This document shows positions 41,436-43,236 of a DNA stretch of 43,236 bases, one piece after another. The DNA is taken from the NCBI GenBank assembly GCA_017437565.1, contig JAFRYQ010000060.1, forward strand, positions 1 to 43,236. Reading direction: 5' to 3'. The notes under the pieces were generated by a model that saw only the letters and a program-made list of their open reading frames with translations, had not been told where the DNA came from and made no database searches. The DNA comes from Bacillota bacterium (GTDB lineage Bacteria; Bacillota; Clostridia; Peptostreptococcales; Anaerovoracaceae). Both the position numbers and the translations under genes were made by a program. Position 1 is the first letter of the stretch, and each line of letters begins with the position of its first letter.

Positions 41436-43097
41436 TTGAGCAATCAGGCAATCAAACGGATCATCGGCATCAGCGCGGCGGCACTTCTGGTAGTCGCCAT
41501 CTTGGCGTTCCTCTATGCCGGCGCGGGCGTTTCCCGCAGCGAGGCTTTGGCGGCAGCCCGGGAACAGGTGCCGGCTGCCGCGGAAGAAACGGAGATCGAA
41601 AAGCGTGGCGGCCGCTACGAGGTCGGATTTTACGACGCGGAGGCGGCAATGCGTTATCTGGTCACCGTCGACGGCAAGAGCGGCGCGGTGATCCGTGTCA
41701 CCGGCGAGCGCGAGCAGGCCCGGGGCAGCCGGTCCGTCCGTTTCAGCGAGGAAGACGCCTTGCGCGCGGTGCGGACAGCTTTTCCCGGCGCGGCGGATCT
41801 CCATACGGGTCTGATTTTCAATCAAAGCCGTTATTATTACCGTCTCACTTTCAGCGGGGATGGTTTCTATGGATATGCGGAGCTCGACGCGGAAGACGGC
41901 AAGCTCCTGTGTTATGGCATCTTCTACGGAAATGACGCGGTCATCCCGCTCGATGAGACCGTGATCGTGGCGGAAGACGCGGCAGGCGGGCAGGACGCGG
42001 CCGGGGATGAGGCGGCGTCGGCGGAAGCAGGGAATGAGCCGGCGGGAAACGATCCTTCTCAGGAGATCGCCCTGCTCACGGAAAAAGAAGCCCGGGCCGT
42101 GATTGCGAAAAAGGATGCCAAGGCCGAAGTGACGGAGATCCGCCTCGGGCAGCGTGAAGGCCGCAACGTCTACCAAGGCCAGGCGACTTCCGGGTCCCGG
42201 CTTTTCGCTTTTACCATCGATGCCGAAACCGGGAAGCTCCTGCAGTGGGAGGAAGTGGACTCTTCGTCCGGCGGGAGCACGTCCGGGGGGAACGCTTCCG
42301 GTTCCGGACCGGCGGGGACGTCCGGACAGGATAAAGACGCGGATGGCGATACGAAAGACGACACGGATGGCGACGGGAATGGCGACGCGTCCGATAAGGC
42401 CAGCGACGGTTCCGGCAGCAGCGGGGACGGGAATAACAGCGGCGGTGCCGATAGCAGTAGCGGGGACAGTAATAGCAGCGGCGGTTCCGATGATAGCGGA
42501 TCCGGCAGTTCGTCCGGTGATTCCGGCGACAGCACCGGTGCCCGCCTGATCTCCGAAGGAGCGGCGATCGCCGCCGTCCAGGCGAAAGCTCCCGACGCGG
42601 TCATCACCCGGATCTATCTTTCGGAAGAAGACGGCAGCTATTTCTACCGCGGCACGGCCCGGCGCGGCAATTATATCTGTTATTTCGGGGTCAATGCGGT
42701 GACCGGCGTCCTGGTGATCTGGGATGAGGAACCGGCTGACCAAACCGACCCGGAGGATCCTGCCGACCCGGAGGATCCTGCCGACCCGGAGGAGCCAACG
42801 GATCCGGATGACCCGTCTGATCCTTCCAACCCGGATGAGCCTGTGGATCCTGGCGAGCCTGTGGACCCGATTGATCCTGTTGATCCTGGCGAGCCGACTG
42901 ATCCGGACGATCCGGTTGATCCCAACGAACCGTCTGACCCCTCCGAACCGTCTGACCCGTCCGACCCGGATGAGCCAACAGATCCTTCTGAACCGTCTGA
43001 CCCCTCCAATCCGGGTGATCCGGCCGTCCCGACTGAGCCGGTCGATCCCTCCGATCCTTCCGACCCGACCGACCAGACCTTTCCGTCCAATTCTTAG
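41436..43097 (+). CDS. Exported protein with four PepSY-like domains, a Ser/Gly/Asp linker and an Asp/Pro/Glu repeat tail
   Basis: TTG start after GGAGGG; N-terminal hydrophobic helix; four repeats beginning (S/T)..(E/D/A)A and ending VDGKSG, LDAEDG, IDAETG, VNAVTG. Confidence 0.85.
   Translation: MSNQAIKRIIGISAAALLVVAILAFLYAGAGVSRSEALAAAREQVPAAAEETEIEKRGGRYEVGFYDAEAAMRYLVTVDGKSGAVIRVTGEREQARGSRSVRFSEEDALRAVRTAFPGAADLHTGLIFNQSRYYYRLTFSGDGFYGYAELDAEDGKLLCYGIFYGNDAVIPLDETVIVAEDAAGGQDAAGDEAASAEAGNEPAGNDPSQEIALLTEKEARAVIAKKDAKAEVTEIRLGQREGRNVYQGQATSGSRLFAFTIDAETGKLLQWEEVDSSSGGSTSGGNASGSGPAGTSGQDKDADGDTKDDTDGDGNGDASDKASDGSGSSGDGNNSGGADSSSGDSNSSGGSDDSGSGSSSGDSGDSTGARLISEGAAIAAVQAKAPDAVITRIYLSEEDGSYFYRGTARRGNYICYFGVNAVTGVLVIWDEEPADQTDPEDPADPEDPADPEEPTDPDDPSDPSNPDEPVDPGEPVDPIDPVDPGEPTDPDDPVDPNEPSDPSEPSDPSDPDEPTDPSEPSDPSNPGDPAVPTEPVDPSDPSDPTDQTFPSNS
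42748..43071 (+). repeat. Imperfect 9-bp-period repeat encoding (D/E/N)-P-x triplets
   Basis: DPEDPADPEDPADPEEPTDPDDPSDPSNPDEPVDPGEP... Confidence 0.9.
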
Positions 43098-43236
43098 ACG
43101 TCACCGGATGTGGCATAGCCGAATCATACGACGGTCCCGCCGGGTTCAGGCACGGGCTGTTCCAGATTTTCTGATAATGGCGTTTTAGTGCCGCTTTCTT
43201 GGACAAAACAGGTAACAAAAGCATAAAATCAAAAAA

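Overview
Chromosomal replication-origin region of a GC-rich anaerobic Firmicute (Clostridia). The CWB2 surface protein and the rsbW-sigB pair just after gyrA suggest a Peptostreptococcales/Anaerovoracaceae-like organism (inference). Left arm, mostly minus strand: a very large vWA/SpaA/CnaB adhesin running off the window edge, a CWB2 surface protein, sanA-like, aroB (plus strand), a GNAT, rsmA, rnmV, ftsB/divIC-like, a DnaD-type gene, dnaB, rplI, gdpP, parB, parA, rsmG, mnmG, an AT-rich AAA_14/DUF4143 ATPase, mnmE, jag, yidC, yidD, rnpA, rpmH. A bipartite oriC flanks dnaA. Right arm: dnaA, dnaN, recF, gyrB, gyrA, rsbW-like, sigB-like, proC, and a two-component system divergent from a PepSY protein. 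Most unusual points: (1) the SigB module has no adjacent RsbV and its RsbW-like protein has lost the kinase glycine box and is Cys/His-rich, a candidate metal/redox-sensing anti-sigma factor; (2) DnaD is fused to what looks like the N-terminal Zn domain of the DnaI/DnaC helicase loader with no AAA+ domain; (3) oriC boxes read TTATCAACA rather than TTATCCACA, alongside an altered DnaA recognition helix; (4) an ATPase with three 23-bp-spaced upstream repeats splits mnmE-mnmG. All protein calls are motif recognition by eye, not database searches.
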